64,000 bases of DNA from NCBI RefSeq assembly GCF_009914755.1, contig NC_060947.1; one strand, given 5' to 3'. A program made the position numbers and the translations under genes. The notes under the pieces are model-generated. The model saw only the letters and a program-made list of their open reading frames with translations, ran no database searches and had not been told where the DNA came from. This document shows positions 33,610 to 46,717 of this stretch, one piece after another. Origin of the DNA: the human T2T-CHM13v2.0 reference genome, Homo sapiens. Position 1 is the first letter of the stretch. Every line of letters begins with the position of its first letter.

Positions 33610-34958
33610 GATTGAATACTACTCAGCCTTAAAAACAAACGAATTAATGGCATTTGCAGCAACCTGGACGGAACTGGACAGTATTATTCTAAGTGAAATA
33701 ACTCAGGAATGGAAAACAAAGCATCGTATGTTTTCACTCATAAGTGGGATCTAAGATATGAGGACGCAAAGGCATCAGAATGATAAAATAGACTTTGAGG
33801 ACTCAGGGAACGGGTGGGAGGGGCATGAGGGATAAAAGACTACAAACTGGGTTCAGTGTATACTGCTCGAGTGATGGGTGCACCAAAATCTCACGAATCA
33901 CCACTAAAGCACTTACTCATGTAGCTAAATACCACCTGTTCCCCAAAAAACCTATAGAAATAAAAAAATTTAAAAATTAAGAAAATTTTAAAAAGAAAAG
34001 CTAATTTTCAAAAGAAATCAAATTAATCACCCAACTTCTCAATTTAAAAAACTAAATGAAAACCATTTACTATCACTCAGAGGTGGGTTTAGTTTTATTT
34101 TCTATTGTCATCTTTTGATCATTGTAAATTATGAGAGTTGGATCTGTAGCACTTCTCAAATTGGCCTCTATGTTCCTCCAACCTAACAGTGCCCTCTTCT
34201 GGCTTCATGATTCACATTCAGCTGGTTCACTGATGTTGAAAAAAAAAAGATGATGGAAAAAAAACCTGTTTTGAAACCTGGAATAATAAAGGCTTTAGAT
34301 CTCCGTTTTAATATAATGAAAACAAACAAAATTCCAGTTGCAAGTATAATGGTGGTTTCCAGCAGCTGGAAGGAGGGTAAAATGGAGAGTTGTTTGATAG
34401 GTATGGAAAAGTTCTCGAGATTGGTTGTACAACAATGAGAATATACTTTACCTTATTGAACTGTACACTTAAAAAATGTTAAGATGGTAAAGTTTATGTT
34501 ATGTATGCTTTACCACAAAGCATATAAACAAATAAATAAATAAATCTAATTGTGGTATAAATAGTCAATGTTGATAGAAGCAACTCTAAGTTGGGACTGT
34601 TTTCACCTCAAGTCAAATGTTTACCGTAAATTAAACCTAGCTGGAGTTGATAAAATTTTTAATTCCTGTTACTTTACTAACGAGGCACATATTTCTCTTA
34701 ATTTGCTAAAACTATAGCTATAGAACGACTTAACTGCAACTCTTAATGTCTTTAGTCGTGAAGATTTAGAGACCTATGTAAAAAGACTGTGAAATTGTTA
34801 CTTCATTTACTTGAATAAATAATAAAATATTCTTCAGTTTCTAAAAATAAAGACTCCAAAGTTTGACTTGTATATCTGAGTGGAAGGCATAACATTTCAC
34901 TGAGATGAAAGAAAAAAAAAACTAGGAAAGGAGCAAATTTGGTGGATTAAGGATAGAC

Positions 34959-35178
34959 CAATGGTTCTCAACTGGGGACAATTGTGTACCCGAGGGGACA
35001 TCTGGCAATGTTTGGAAATCTTTTTGGTTATCACAACTTGAGGAGTAGGGAGTAGTACTGGCATATAGTTGGTAGAGGCTTAGCTTAGGACATTGCTAAA
35101 CGGTAAACTCTGGCAACCACTACAAAGATTGATTTGGCCTCAAATGTCAATAGCACCAAGATTGAGAAACTCTGGGTT
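34959..35178. mobile_element. MER20-like hAT MITE
   Basis: CAATGGTTCTCAACTGGGG...GGACATCTGGCAATGTTTGG...TTGAGAAACTCTG termini. Confidence 0.75.
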
Positions 35179-36339
35179 AGAATCTTCTTCGCTGACTTTG
35201 ACCACTCTTTCTCAGCCTTTGCAGCAGACTTCTTTTCTTCTATCTGTCTCTAATTACTCAATATTCTGTTTTTAGCTCAATTATTTTTCCTTTAGATTTT
35301 CTCTTGGGGATATAATCCATTCCCTTGTCTTTAACTATCACCTCTATGTTGCTGTCTCCCACATCAGTATGTCTAGTTCCAACTACTCTTCTAGCTCTAA
35401 AATATTGCCTCTCTCAATGCCTCCCTCACATCTTTTCATTAAGCTACAGCTACATCTGACTTTTCTGTCTTTATTAGTAGCATTTGGCACAAAACCACGG
35501 GGTCATTTATTTCCCAAATATTTACTGAGTACCTAATTTGTGTAAAGGGCTGTGCTGGTTACTTGGAGGAAGGTAGAAGGGTGGAGATAAGAGATAGTTA
35601 TAGTAGTAAATGCTTTACATGTATTATCCCTGGTTATGGAAACACCTTTGCAAGGAAAAAATTATGGCCTAGAAACCAAAGTTCCAAGAATTTAAATAAT
35701 TACTCAAAGAGCTCAGAGCTTGTAAACAGCAGAGTTTAACAGGCACTTCTACTCTGGCATTAAGGACTAAGCTCTCTCCATTTAAAAAAACAAAAAACAA
35801 ACAAAAAGCACTGAGAACAAAGCTGAAGAAGTGTGATCTAGTTTGTCCATAGCTAAAGGGAGATGGATGTGTAGGCTATTTTAATAATGAAGGTCTAAGA
35901 AGTTCCAGAAGCCTTTTCTTCTGAGACACGTGGTACTTTCTTCTGGTTACCATAAATCATAGAATATAACATATCATCACTAGTAAGATGGGTCATTATT
36001 TTCCATACCTACAAGAAAGAAAAAAAAAAGCTGCCAACTAAAGTATAGTGTACCATCAATTGTTAGGTCGCAGAGATTTCCTAGATATTCAAATTTGGGG
36101 AAAAACATAATAAGCCTTCAAAAATTACAAATTTGCTTAAAAAATAAAGAAAAAATGATCTTAGATTCTATGACATACGGTGAATTCATTTTCCACATTC
36201 AATTTCCATGGTTTGTGCTAGTGTGCTATTCTGCACTCTAGTCAACTTACATGTTTGCATATTGCTTTTTAAATGTTTGTAGCTAGTTTCACAGCTCTGT
36301 GATGTGCATCTGCAGCTGGCTTGTAAAGCTCTTCAATAA

Positions 36340-36750
36340 TTTATTTGGTTACCGCCCACCCCCGCGTCCCTCCCACACATATAAGCCATTCAGAGTTTAC
36401 CACTTAAAGGTAAACTTGAATTTCTTCTCATCTTAAAATTGCATAAATTATATTAAATTCTCAATAAATTTATTTACATTTAGTGGGGGTGGGGCGCGAT
36501 GGAAAAACACTATATTAAATAACGACATCGGTTTTTAACACCCATCCTAATAGAAACATTAAAATAGAATGGGGTAGGGAGGAGGGGTGGAGGCGGAGAA
36601 GGGATGTACGTCTCAGGATACAGGAAATACGGTAAGAGCGAAACAGGAGGAAGCCAGCTCTGTGCCTGGAGGGGACTCGCCGCCATCTCAGGTCTCTTGG
36701 CTTTGCCAGGGCCCACCGGAGAAAACTGACGACCCGTTTCTGTAATCCTT
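36340..36750 (+). promoter_or_regulatory. NBDY promoter/5'UTR: GC/GT boxes, ETS-like and YY1 motifs
   Basis: Only non-repeat CpG-enriched segment in the window; CCGCCCACCCCC 36352, GGGGGTGGGGCG 36485, GGAGGCGGAG 36590, CAGGAAAT 36621, GCCGCCATCT 36679-36688. Confidence 0.75.
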
Positions 36751-36957
36751 ATGGGAGACCAACCTTGTGCCTCCGGGAGATCCACTCTCCCACCTGGAAA
36801 CGCACGGGAAGCCAAGCCTCCAAAAAAGCGCTGCCTCCTCGCTCCGCGTTGGGATTATCCGGAAGGAACTCCCAACGGAGGTAGTACCACTCTACCCTCC
36901 GCACCTCCTCCTGCATCAGCCGGCCTGAAGTCGCACCCTCCTCCTCCGGAGAAGTAG
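36751..36957 (+). CDS. NBDY: NBDY / NoBody, 68-aa microprotein, negative regulator of P-body association
   Basis: Translation MGDQPCASGRSTLPPGNAREAKPPKKRCLLAPRWDYPEGTPNGGSTTLPSAPPPASAGLKSHPPPPEK recognised as NBDY; ATG in a GC-rich first exon; donor CAG|GTCAGA at 36986/36987. Confidence 0.96.
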   Translation: MGDQPCASGRSTLPPGNAREAKPPKKRCLLAPRWDYPEGTPNGGSTTLPSAPPPASAGLKSHPPPPEK

Positions 36958-37630
36958 AGAAATAAATTTCTCCCACCCTAAACCAGGTCAGATTCTTTCT
37001 CATCTAGGACATCTAGGCTCTTTGAAACTTATTTATGCATTCTCACAAATTTCCTTCCCCTTTTCCCTGTTCTTTCCATGATTTCAAAATAGAAAAAATA
37101 ACATGCAGGGATTAAGCAGCTCTTTCACAAAATATGCTTGAATGAAATGATGGATATTTAACGACATTAAATAATTATTTGTAATATTTTAGATGAAATA
37201 ATTGTAGTTATATTTTCTAAGAAATAGACTTGAATCTTTTGATTTGCTTGAAAGTAAGTCATTGGTGCCAAGGTGGAGGGAAAGTGTAATAAAAATGCTC
37301 ATGAGTTGATAATTTAAAGCTGGGTGATGTATATGTAGGGATTTATTATATTATTCTCTCTACTTTTGCGTGCATTGGAAAATTTTTTTGTTAAAAAAAA
37401 AAAGGCTGGTTCAAGGCCAATAAAAAGCATCTGTTGAAGGCCAGCCTTCAGAAGTGTATGTCTTTCTCTGTGTAAGGCAGGAGAGTTGAATTTTTTTTTT
37501 TAAAGCTACAATGTGATAGTCAAATCCAAGTGCCATAATGTTTGCTTGTTCAAGGTATTCAGGAAGGGTGGAGGATGGACCAAGTCACTGCCTGGTAGTA
37601 ATCATGAGCCATCAAAAAGGAGGAGTAGGG

Positions 37631-38014
<384 letters not shown>

Positions 38015-38606
38015 TCAGGCCGAGGGTTTCCAGAGAAAAGGCAGAATTCTTCTGGAAACAGCTTGGCTATAATTTTGAATCTACAAGAAGGACTAGGAGG
38101 TGAAGATAAAGTGCTTCAGGGCCTTAAATGTTATGCTGAGCATATACTTCATTCCAATATCCATCAAGTGCTACTATTTGTATTTTAAGATTCCTATTCT
38201 TACTATCAGAAAAGGAATCTCTGATATTTAGATGAACTTTATAGAATGCAAATTATAAAACTGAATCTGACCCAAGTTTTATAGATCCTTTTAATTCAAA
38301 GGAGAGAAGCATCTTTTCTTCATTCGTGCAGTAAACCTTTATGAAGCCCTTGCAATGGGTAGGAATTATTCTGAGAGCTGTAGGGGATGGATGGCCAAGG
38401 CATAGTGCCTAGTACATAATAGGAGTGAAACAGATATTTCAATAAATAAATCAATGAATGATGGGACAACTTTGGCGACCAAAAAAGTTTTAGACATTGG
38501 GTTTGGTGGTAATGCATAGAAAAAAAAAAATAGAAATCTATTTTACTTGAAAGCATCTCCCTGTCATTCCATACAGTTTTACTTCTCACATGTTTACCTC
38601 TATTCA

Positions 38607-39310
<704 letters not shown>

Positions 39311-39459
39311 CCCTTCTAATACTATGTATACAACTGTTTTATAGGAATAAATCATTGAAATAGAGGTATGGGAAGGATAATGATTTGAGGAGACCAAGGG
39401 ACAAAGAGATGGACAAAAACAGAAAAAATGATGCCACAATATTTTTTACTATTTTTCAG

Positions 39460-39596
39460 TCTTTGAGTGATTGCAGTATGACTCCATTTCCCTGGTGCAT
39501 TCATATAATAGTTCACCTGGTGAAAACAATGAAGATTATTTACAATGCTACCCTGCTTTTTCTGGTGTCCTGAACCTGGAAGTTGTGCTTTTTAAG
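39460..39596 (+). other. NBDY: Probable NBDY exon 2 (non-coding, 3'UTR, 137 nt)
   Basis: Acceptor TTTTTTACTATTTTTCAG| at 39459 and donor AAG|GTAATC at 39596/39597 in non-repeat sequence. Confidence 0.7.
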
Positions 39597-39759
39597 GTAA
39601 TCTCTTTACCAAAAATTATTAAGAGGAGGAAGAGAAAAAAAAGAGTTGGTTTTGACACATTAAAAAGTAGCCAAACAAAACTCAAAAAGATAGCAGCAAA
39701 TGATAAAATTGAAACTATATTCTACATTATATGAAAACATATTCATAATAATAGTGTAA

Positions 39760-40700
39760 TCTGAAGAAATGTTTTGTTAGATTCACTTGTACTTATAGTT
39801 TCTATTATTACTGTGAAATATATCATCTTTTTAACTACATTTTCTAATTGTTTCTAGTAAATGGGAACATGATTGATATTTTTGTATATTTATTTTATAT
39901 GCTGGAGCCTTCTTAAATTCTGTTTATTCTAATAATGTATAGATTTTCTTGGATTATCTGTTAATTAATTATATTTTGAATAATGACAGTTTCTTTACAA
40001 TATTTCTTTACCTTATATTACTGTGCTAGCTAGGATCTTCAGTACAAAGAGGAACAACAGCATTGGTAGAGGATTTCCTTATTTTGTTCCTAAATTCTAC
40101 AAAAGTTTCACCTTTTTTAGTAGATTGTCTTTCTCAAGTTAAGGAACTTTCTTAATGTTCCTAGTTTGCTGAGAGGTTTTATTACAAATATTATGAAGTT
40201 TTTTCCCGTCTATATGTACTGCCACTTTCATATCCTTTCTTCACCATTAATATCACAGTGTGACCATGTGATAAATTACAATAATCAATTTTCTAATGTA
40301 TTTCTTGCTTTTGCTTTCATCGAGCCTCGTCATTTGATATTTGGTTCCTATTTTAATCATTTTGACTTTTATTTTTATATTGAACTTTCTTCTACTTTCC
40401 TTTTATTGTTCTTTTTCTAATTTATTGAGTTGAATCTTTAGCATCTTAATTTTCAATGTTCTTCTGTAAAATAAGAATTTAGAACTATAAATTTTCTTCT
40501 ACCACTTTAGAAATATTTCACAGACTTTTATATATAGTATTTTTATCATTCAATATTTATTATTTTTAAATTTCTCTTATGATTTTTTTGACCCATGGTT
40601 TGTTTTTTTTCAATTTCTAATCATATGGGATTCCTTTTTTAAAAAATATATTATGAAATCATTACATTATTCCCATTCTAGTTTAACTTTATCTTATTTT
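39760..40700 (-). mobile_element. Highly degraded L1M (L1ME-like) ORF2 remnant
   Basis: T-rich L1 antisense motifs (CTAGTTTGCTGAGAGGTTTT, AGAACTATAAATTTTC); similar sequence resumes at about 47690. Confidence 0.55.
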
Positions 40701-41041
40701 TCTTTTTTAATTTTTTTTACATCTATAGACTTTATTAGATGTTCTTTATACAGTCATCTGGTATGTATAAAGAGTGAACAATCATATAAAAGGAAATATG
40801 GTCATAACTGATTGAATTAATAAAATCCTGAAACTAAATAACTCATAATTCATTGCACAACATATATTAGGTTTCATTAGATCAGTATATAGCTTAGTAG
40901 TAAACTCTCCTGATGGCCATAAACCTCTAAGGTGTTGTCATCCTGAAAAATGAAGGAGGGGAGGGAGCTGGTGGGGTGCAGAATGGAGAAACCTTCCATA
41001 GTGCTGGTGTGATGTACCCTAAGTTGTAAAGTTATAGGGCA

Positions 41042-41057
41042 TCGCCACCTAGTGGCA
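41042..41057 (-). promoter_or_regulatory. CTCF-like motif
   Basis: TGCCACTAGGTGGCGA on the - strand closely matches the CTCF core CCAC(C/T)AG(G/A)(T/G)GGCG. Confidence 0.65.
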
Positions 41058-42224
41058 GAATTTCATGCCTTGTTCTAATTAAGGGACTTTCCTTGTTTTC
41101 CAAAGAGCAATGTGTCTTGTTCACTTTCTAACCATCCCTCTCTGATGCTGTCCTTCCTAAAATCCATGCCTCCTCCCATACAGTGTAAACCCATCTGCTT
41201 TTCATCCATCAAGCTGTCAAGGATTTGGTTATGACAATTTTTATGTTCACCTAACTTTTTAGTTCCAAGTACTTCGGTTATTTTCAAAGCTACACACAGG
41301 ATGCCCATATTTTTATAACTCCATCTTATTTGTGAAGGATTATTACTTTGTGCTTTGGCCTAGTTTTTATTCTTACTGCTGAATCTTTTCATAAGTTAAA
41401 GTTATTGCAGAGTTAATGCTTTAAAAGGCAGTCCTTAGAGTAAATAGCTAAATGAAATCATTACCAAAATGTACACTTTGGATTTATTAAGATTCTAGAA
41501 TTTAAAAACAGGAAAAGGTGCCATTAGTGAAAATTCCATCACTAACATTTTGGTACCACTCGTAGAGCATCACATAAATATTCAGACCGTGATAACTCAG
41601 TGCAGGAATGTTATCAAATATGTCCATGCAATCTGGAACTAGGACCAGAGTTGGCAATTGGGGGTCTGAAGGCCCAACATCCCTTACACTGCTTCCTACA
41701 CCTTGACAACAGGAAGGCTGAGTGATACTAGGTAGTGCACTACAACAGTGAACATAAGCCAGCCATCTGTTTTTTGCAAAGTATAATAAAATAGAAAAAC
41801 AGAACATAGACCACTTCAGAGCAAACAAACATATCCTTCTTCAAGATGTAGGAAAACCATATATTCAAAACCAATCTCAAACTTTAAACAATAAAAGATA
41901 TCAAACATTTTAAACTGTACAAAGCAAATTAGCAAGATTTTAATGTTGGCAGTTTTAAAATGTCACCCATCCAAAACACAAAACAGGGAGATAACCAAGT
42001 CTTAGCTCCATCCTAATCAAAGCTGTCATGCAGATCCAGTTCCACTCTTCTCATCTCCAGCAGGTACTTCACTCAAGGAGGTAACACCCAAGGGGAGTAG
42101 ATGGACCAAAAACAAGAGTGCCACATAGAAGGAAGAGAGGGGACCTTGGACTTTAGCTACTGGTTAGCTATTCAACTTTGATGATATTCAGTGTTTTCCC
42201 AAGTTATTTTTTCTCGCTTCTCAT

Positions 42225-42450
42225 CACATAATTTACATTATGCATACTATGTGCCAGAGACTGTTTGACATGTAGTCAGTTAATTTTCACAACTGTGTAA
42301 AGTTGGTTTCTATCATTAGCTCTATCTTAGGGCCAAAGAAACTGAAGCACGGAGAGGTTAAATTGTATTCCTAAAGCACTACACAGTGAGCAAATAGATT
42401 CAGACCTGTGCAGTCTAACCCAGAATTAGCTCTGAATCACTCTACCATTC
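42225..42450 (+). mobile_element. MIR remnant
   Basis: CTATGTGCCAG...GAAACTGAAGCACGGAGAGGTTAAAT MIR core. Confidence 0.7.
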
Positions 42451-43667
42451 TGTCTACAGGACAACAAGCCTGTGTGTTTCAGGTACTTTCATGGTGATTT
42501 TTCACACAGGACAGCTTTTGATAATAGAAAGGCCCTCTCTTTCAAATGAAAGGACTTCACTGATGGATTAACAAATTCTCACCTTTTCACCTATGTGAGC
42601 CAAATACTAGATCTACTTTCTTAGTCTTCATAACAAGCAGGACGATAACCATAATTTATAATGAACACAAAACATTGATATAGTGTTCAAAGAACTTTTG
42701 CACACTTGGTCTCGTTTGGAAGAATGAAGTAATCTGGAAACATAGAATAGGCATACACTGTGACTTTAGGAAGAACTCTCACAAAATCAGAGGTTGCCCT
42801 ATGTAATATCACACTTTTTACCTTGAGCAGGTGGATAGCCTGGGAGTTCTTGTTATACCTCAATCTTGGTCCATTCTATTTGTTCCCCTGTCCTTCAGCA
42901 GTGCCCTTAGGCTTGCTTTAAACATTAACAGCATTCATAAGCATGGTTTCTAGGGTCAGAGCCCAGCCTCCCTCCACCCACCCGGCTCCCTACACACCTT
43001 GACAGTGCTCTTTGAGATGCCTCAGTTCTAGTCTCCTTGTAATTGTGCACAGTAGATGTCTGAACAAATAGACCAGAGTCCTGCAAAAGTGATCTTGAAA
43101 TCACAATTAAAAGAGACTTTGGAGAGATCTACTCAGGAAAATTTTCTGAATAGACAAATGCTTTTAAAGGGGGTTCTAGACAGTCCGTCTTTTCTGCCTC
43201 CTTCTGCGAAGTAGGGCTACACTAAAACCTTGTCACAATGTGACCTGAGCAAAACCATTATCAAGTGATTTAGTTGTCTTGAACCAGACAAAAGAAAATT
43301 GACATGATTTCAAGATAGGTTTAGAAAAATAATCTGACTAGCAAAAAAAAAAAAAAAAATGGGGGGTGGTTCCTAGGGAATATGAGACTTGATATTTTAG
43401 CAAAAATTTAAATATGCTCTTTATGATACACACATTTCTCGTTGCTTTACAAATTTTAAATGTAACACAAATTTGTTTTTCACACTGTTTTGTTAGTTGA
43501 GGTAAGGCATTCCTGCCGCACGCAGCAATGACTCGTCCTGGAAAACCAGGGAGGCTGCATATCCTACTGTTCCTTCTCTACTAGCTGTGGCTCCACACTC
43601 TCACCTCCACCAAAGAAAGCATTTCAGAATTTAGGGGTGGAAATGATGACAACATTGAATAATTCTA

Positions 43668-43962
43668 TTTTTTTCTTTTTTTTGAGACAGAGCCACTGTC
43701 GCTCAGGCTGAAGTGCAGTGGCGCAATCTAGGCCCACTGCAGCCTCCGCCCCCCGGGGTCAAGCAATTCTCCTGCCGCAGCCTCCCAAACAGCTGGGACC
43801 ACCGGTGCCCGCCACCATGCCCGGCCAATTTTCCGCATCCCTAGTAGAGACGGGGTTTCACCATGTTGGTCAGGCTGATCTCAAATTCCTGACCTCAGGA
43901 GATCTGCCTGCCTCGGCCTCCCAAAGTGCTGGGACCACAGGCGTGAGCCACCACGCCCGGCC
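43668..43962 (-). mobile_element. Alu (AluS-like) with clustered A>G changes on its sense strand
   Basis: Reverse Alu; TSD AAT(A/G)ATTCTA at 43658-43667 and 43963-43972. Confidence 0.92.
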
Positions 43963-44638
43963 AATGATTCTAATTTATATTTTTAAAAATTACCTTATAA
44001 TCTTAAAACTTTTAACTGATGAGTATCCAACCCTTAAACTTTATAACAATCATTTCCAAAGTGGAAAAGTCACTGGGATATGGGGAAAAGTATGATTTGT
44101 TTTTGTACTTCTATTTTTCTAATGTCTACTTTTTGTTTTCTAGTCTACATGTTAGCACAGGAGTATATATATTACTTAAGTATACCTATGTTGGAGTGCA
44201 TACAGAATTTCTTTTTAAATGATAGGATGCAAAATCAAATCTATTTGGATAGCAGTGAAGAGGCTGTTTTTCAATCCTGGCAAACTAGGGGGTGCATACC
44301 CCCTTTTTTATTTAGTAGCTTCCATAAGGCTATAACTCATGGAAGTTACATCCTTACATAAACTGATGGGCTATCCAACCAGTGAGGAAAACTGATAAAG
44401 TGGCCTCTGAGCTCCAGGAAGTAGTTAAACACTACTAAAAACATCTTGAAAATTTGGAAAAAAATTTAACAGTAAATGGATTCAGTAGTTATTCAGTATA
44501 AGGTTTGGAATAACTCCAGCCATTACAATAGACATTTATTTAAAGTAAAACATCTGCAGACCAAATAATTCTTAAAATTGTTTGTTTCAAGTTTAACCAT
44601 CTTCATAACAGCTGCATCCACAGACTTCAACTACATGA

Positions 44639-44974
44639 TTACTTCTTTGCCCATTCTTCTCTTTCTTTTCTTTCCCGAATAACCTCTTGCACATACAGTT
44701 CAAGGTAGAAATTTTCCTCTTCATATTTGGTCCACTGCTCTTTAGGCAAGATCTGATGCTTCATGGTCAGGTCCAATGCACTCTTAATGTGACACATCCT
44801 GTCATTATAAAGGTTCTCAGGAAGCCTTCTTATGGCTTCTTTTATGTCTTCATCCTCATATATTGTATCATCTCTCATTAACCCCAGTTTATTGAATCCT
44901 GCAGTATTGTAATACCATTTTCGAATACCATCCAGCCACTTGCCTGATGCTGAAATGGCCTGCTTGCCAGCCAT
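44639..44974 (-). pseudogene. UQCRBP1: UQCRB (complex III ubiquinone-binding subunit 7) intronless retrocopy ORF, 111 aa, open
   Basis: [23 protein letters not shown]...EREEWAKK, about 90% identical to human UQCRB as recalled; no introns; followed by 3'UTR-like sequence with AATAAA. Confidence 0.93.
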
Positions 44975-45169
44975 TTTGACCTGCTTTAATTTTTTTTAAT
45001 CCTTCTTATAACAAGATACAAAAATTATACACTGGCTGCTCATCCCAACAGAATTTGGCAATATAAAACATTTTCTTTCATTAAATACATAGAAAAAGTG
45101 TGGTTATTGATATTTATTGATGTAGTTATTATTGAATTTTATATTTGTGTTTTTAAAATTTTTATTTTT

Positions 45170-46627
45170 ATTTAATTTCACACTTGAAAAACCAGGAATA
45201 TTACAAAGAACTCCCAGAATGTCCTTTACCCAGATTCACCAATTAACATTTTATCACGTTTGCCTTATCATTCTGTTTTTCTCTTCCTCTCCTCCTTCTC
45301 CTATTTGACAGTAGTTTGCAAATATCATTCTCCTTTACCTCTTAATATGTCAGTGTGTATTTCCTCAGAATGATGATTTCCTCTTATACATCCTCAGTAA
45401 ATGTGTCACAATCAAGAAATTTGACATTGTTTCAATATCATAATCTACGCCATATTCCAATGTTATCAGTTGTCCCAATAATGTCTTTTGTGGTTATTTT
45501 CTTTCCTTGGTCAAAGTGCTAATCCAAGATGATGCATTACATTTACTTGTCATGTCTCTTCAGTTTTTAATATGGAACAATTCCTTGACCTTTCTTTGTC
45601 TTTTATGTTTATAGAAAAACAAACTTAGTTTCTCTCATTATATTCTCACAACCCCACTTCTGACACTGATTGTGTGGAAAAAAAGTTTTTCTTTGGCTCT
45701 TGTACCACAGCAACCAACACAGAAAGCTTGTGAACAAATGTATTGGGATTTTTTCTCACCGACAGGCAAGTAAACAATTCTGCAGTGGACACCAGCTGGG
45801 TGTTCTCCAATCCAATTCAATTCTGAAGCTATCTCCCTACAGAAAGTATCAGATCCCACAGATTGAGGGCTTAGTCCCACGAGACTGCCTCAACTTTAGA
45901 CATCAGTTTCAAATCTGGGCCTCTGGAACTTTTAACTGACCAGCTTCAAGTTAGGGTTCCCGCAACCTCTCTCTTTAGGCTCAAATAATTTGCTAGAACA
46001 ACACACAGAACTCAGGGAAACACTTACTTACATTTACCCATTAACAGCCAGATGAAGAGATACATAGAGTGAGGTCTGGAAGGCTACTGAGCACAGGAGC
46101 TTCCATTCCTGTGGAGTTAGGGTGTGCCACCCTCCTGGCATGTGGATGAGTTATTTGTCACCTTTCTGAAATCCTCCACAAATTCAGCTGTACTTTGTCC
46201 TCTTGTGCTTTTTATGAAGACTTTATCTGATAGGCACTAATGAAGCATGAACAACCATGTAGAAATGTGACTGGACTAAAGGGTATGATCTAATACCAAT
46301 AGACTTGGTGGAGAAACCCAGCAAGGCTTGTCTGTTCAGATTCTTCTTGGTTTCTCTGTGCAGCATTCCTTCCTCCTGGGTATGGGGCAGGACTCTTTCT
46401 GAAATGGGAGTCTTATGACCCACAGTCAAACTAGGTAGGTCAGAGAATTTCTTTACGACCAGCTCCAAGCCAGAAAGCTGGGTGAAGATTAGAGTATATT
46501 TTTAGTTTCTATGGCTTGCCTTTGGGAGAAAAAAAAAGCAGGTAAAAGGAGGGCAGGAGAAAGTCAGAGAGAGATTCTGTTTTGTGAAGCCTAAAGTGCC
46601 CCAACATTATACATATATATGTGTGTT

Positions 46628-46668
<41 letters not shown>

Positions 46669-46681
46669 ATATATATATTTT

Positions 46682-46717
<36 letters not shown>

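Larger units (their letters stand above)
40719..44984 (-). pseudogene. UQCRBP1: Inferred full extent of the UQCRB processed retrocopy, including a long 3'UTR
   Basis: TSD-like TTTAATTTTTTTT at 40706-40718 and 44985-44997; minus-strand AATAAA at 40731-40736; no poly(A) after the proximal signal at 44535-44540. Confidence 0.6.

Noticed and set aside
36510-37003. Antisense ORFs (101 and 84 aa) overlapping NBDY exon 1
   Set aside because: The 101-aa ORF starts at TTG and its internal ATG is the YY1 motif; no recognisable domain in either; expected in GC-rich DNA
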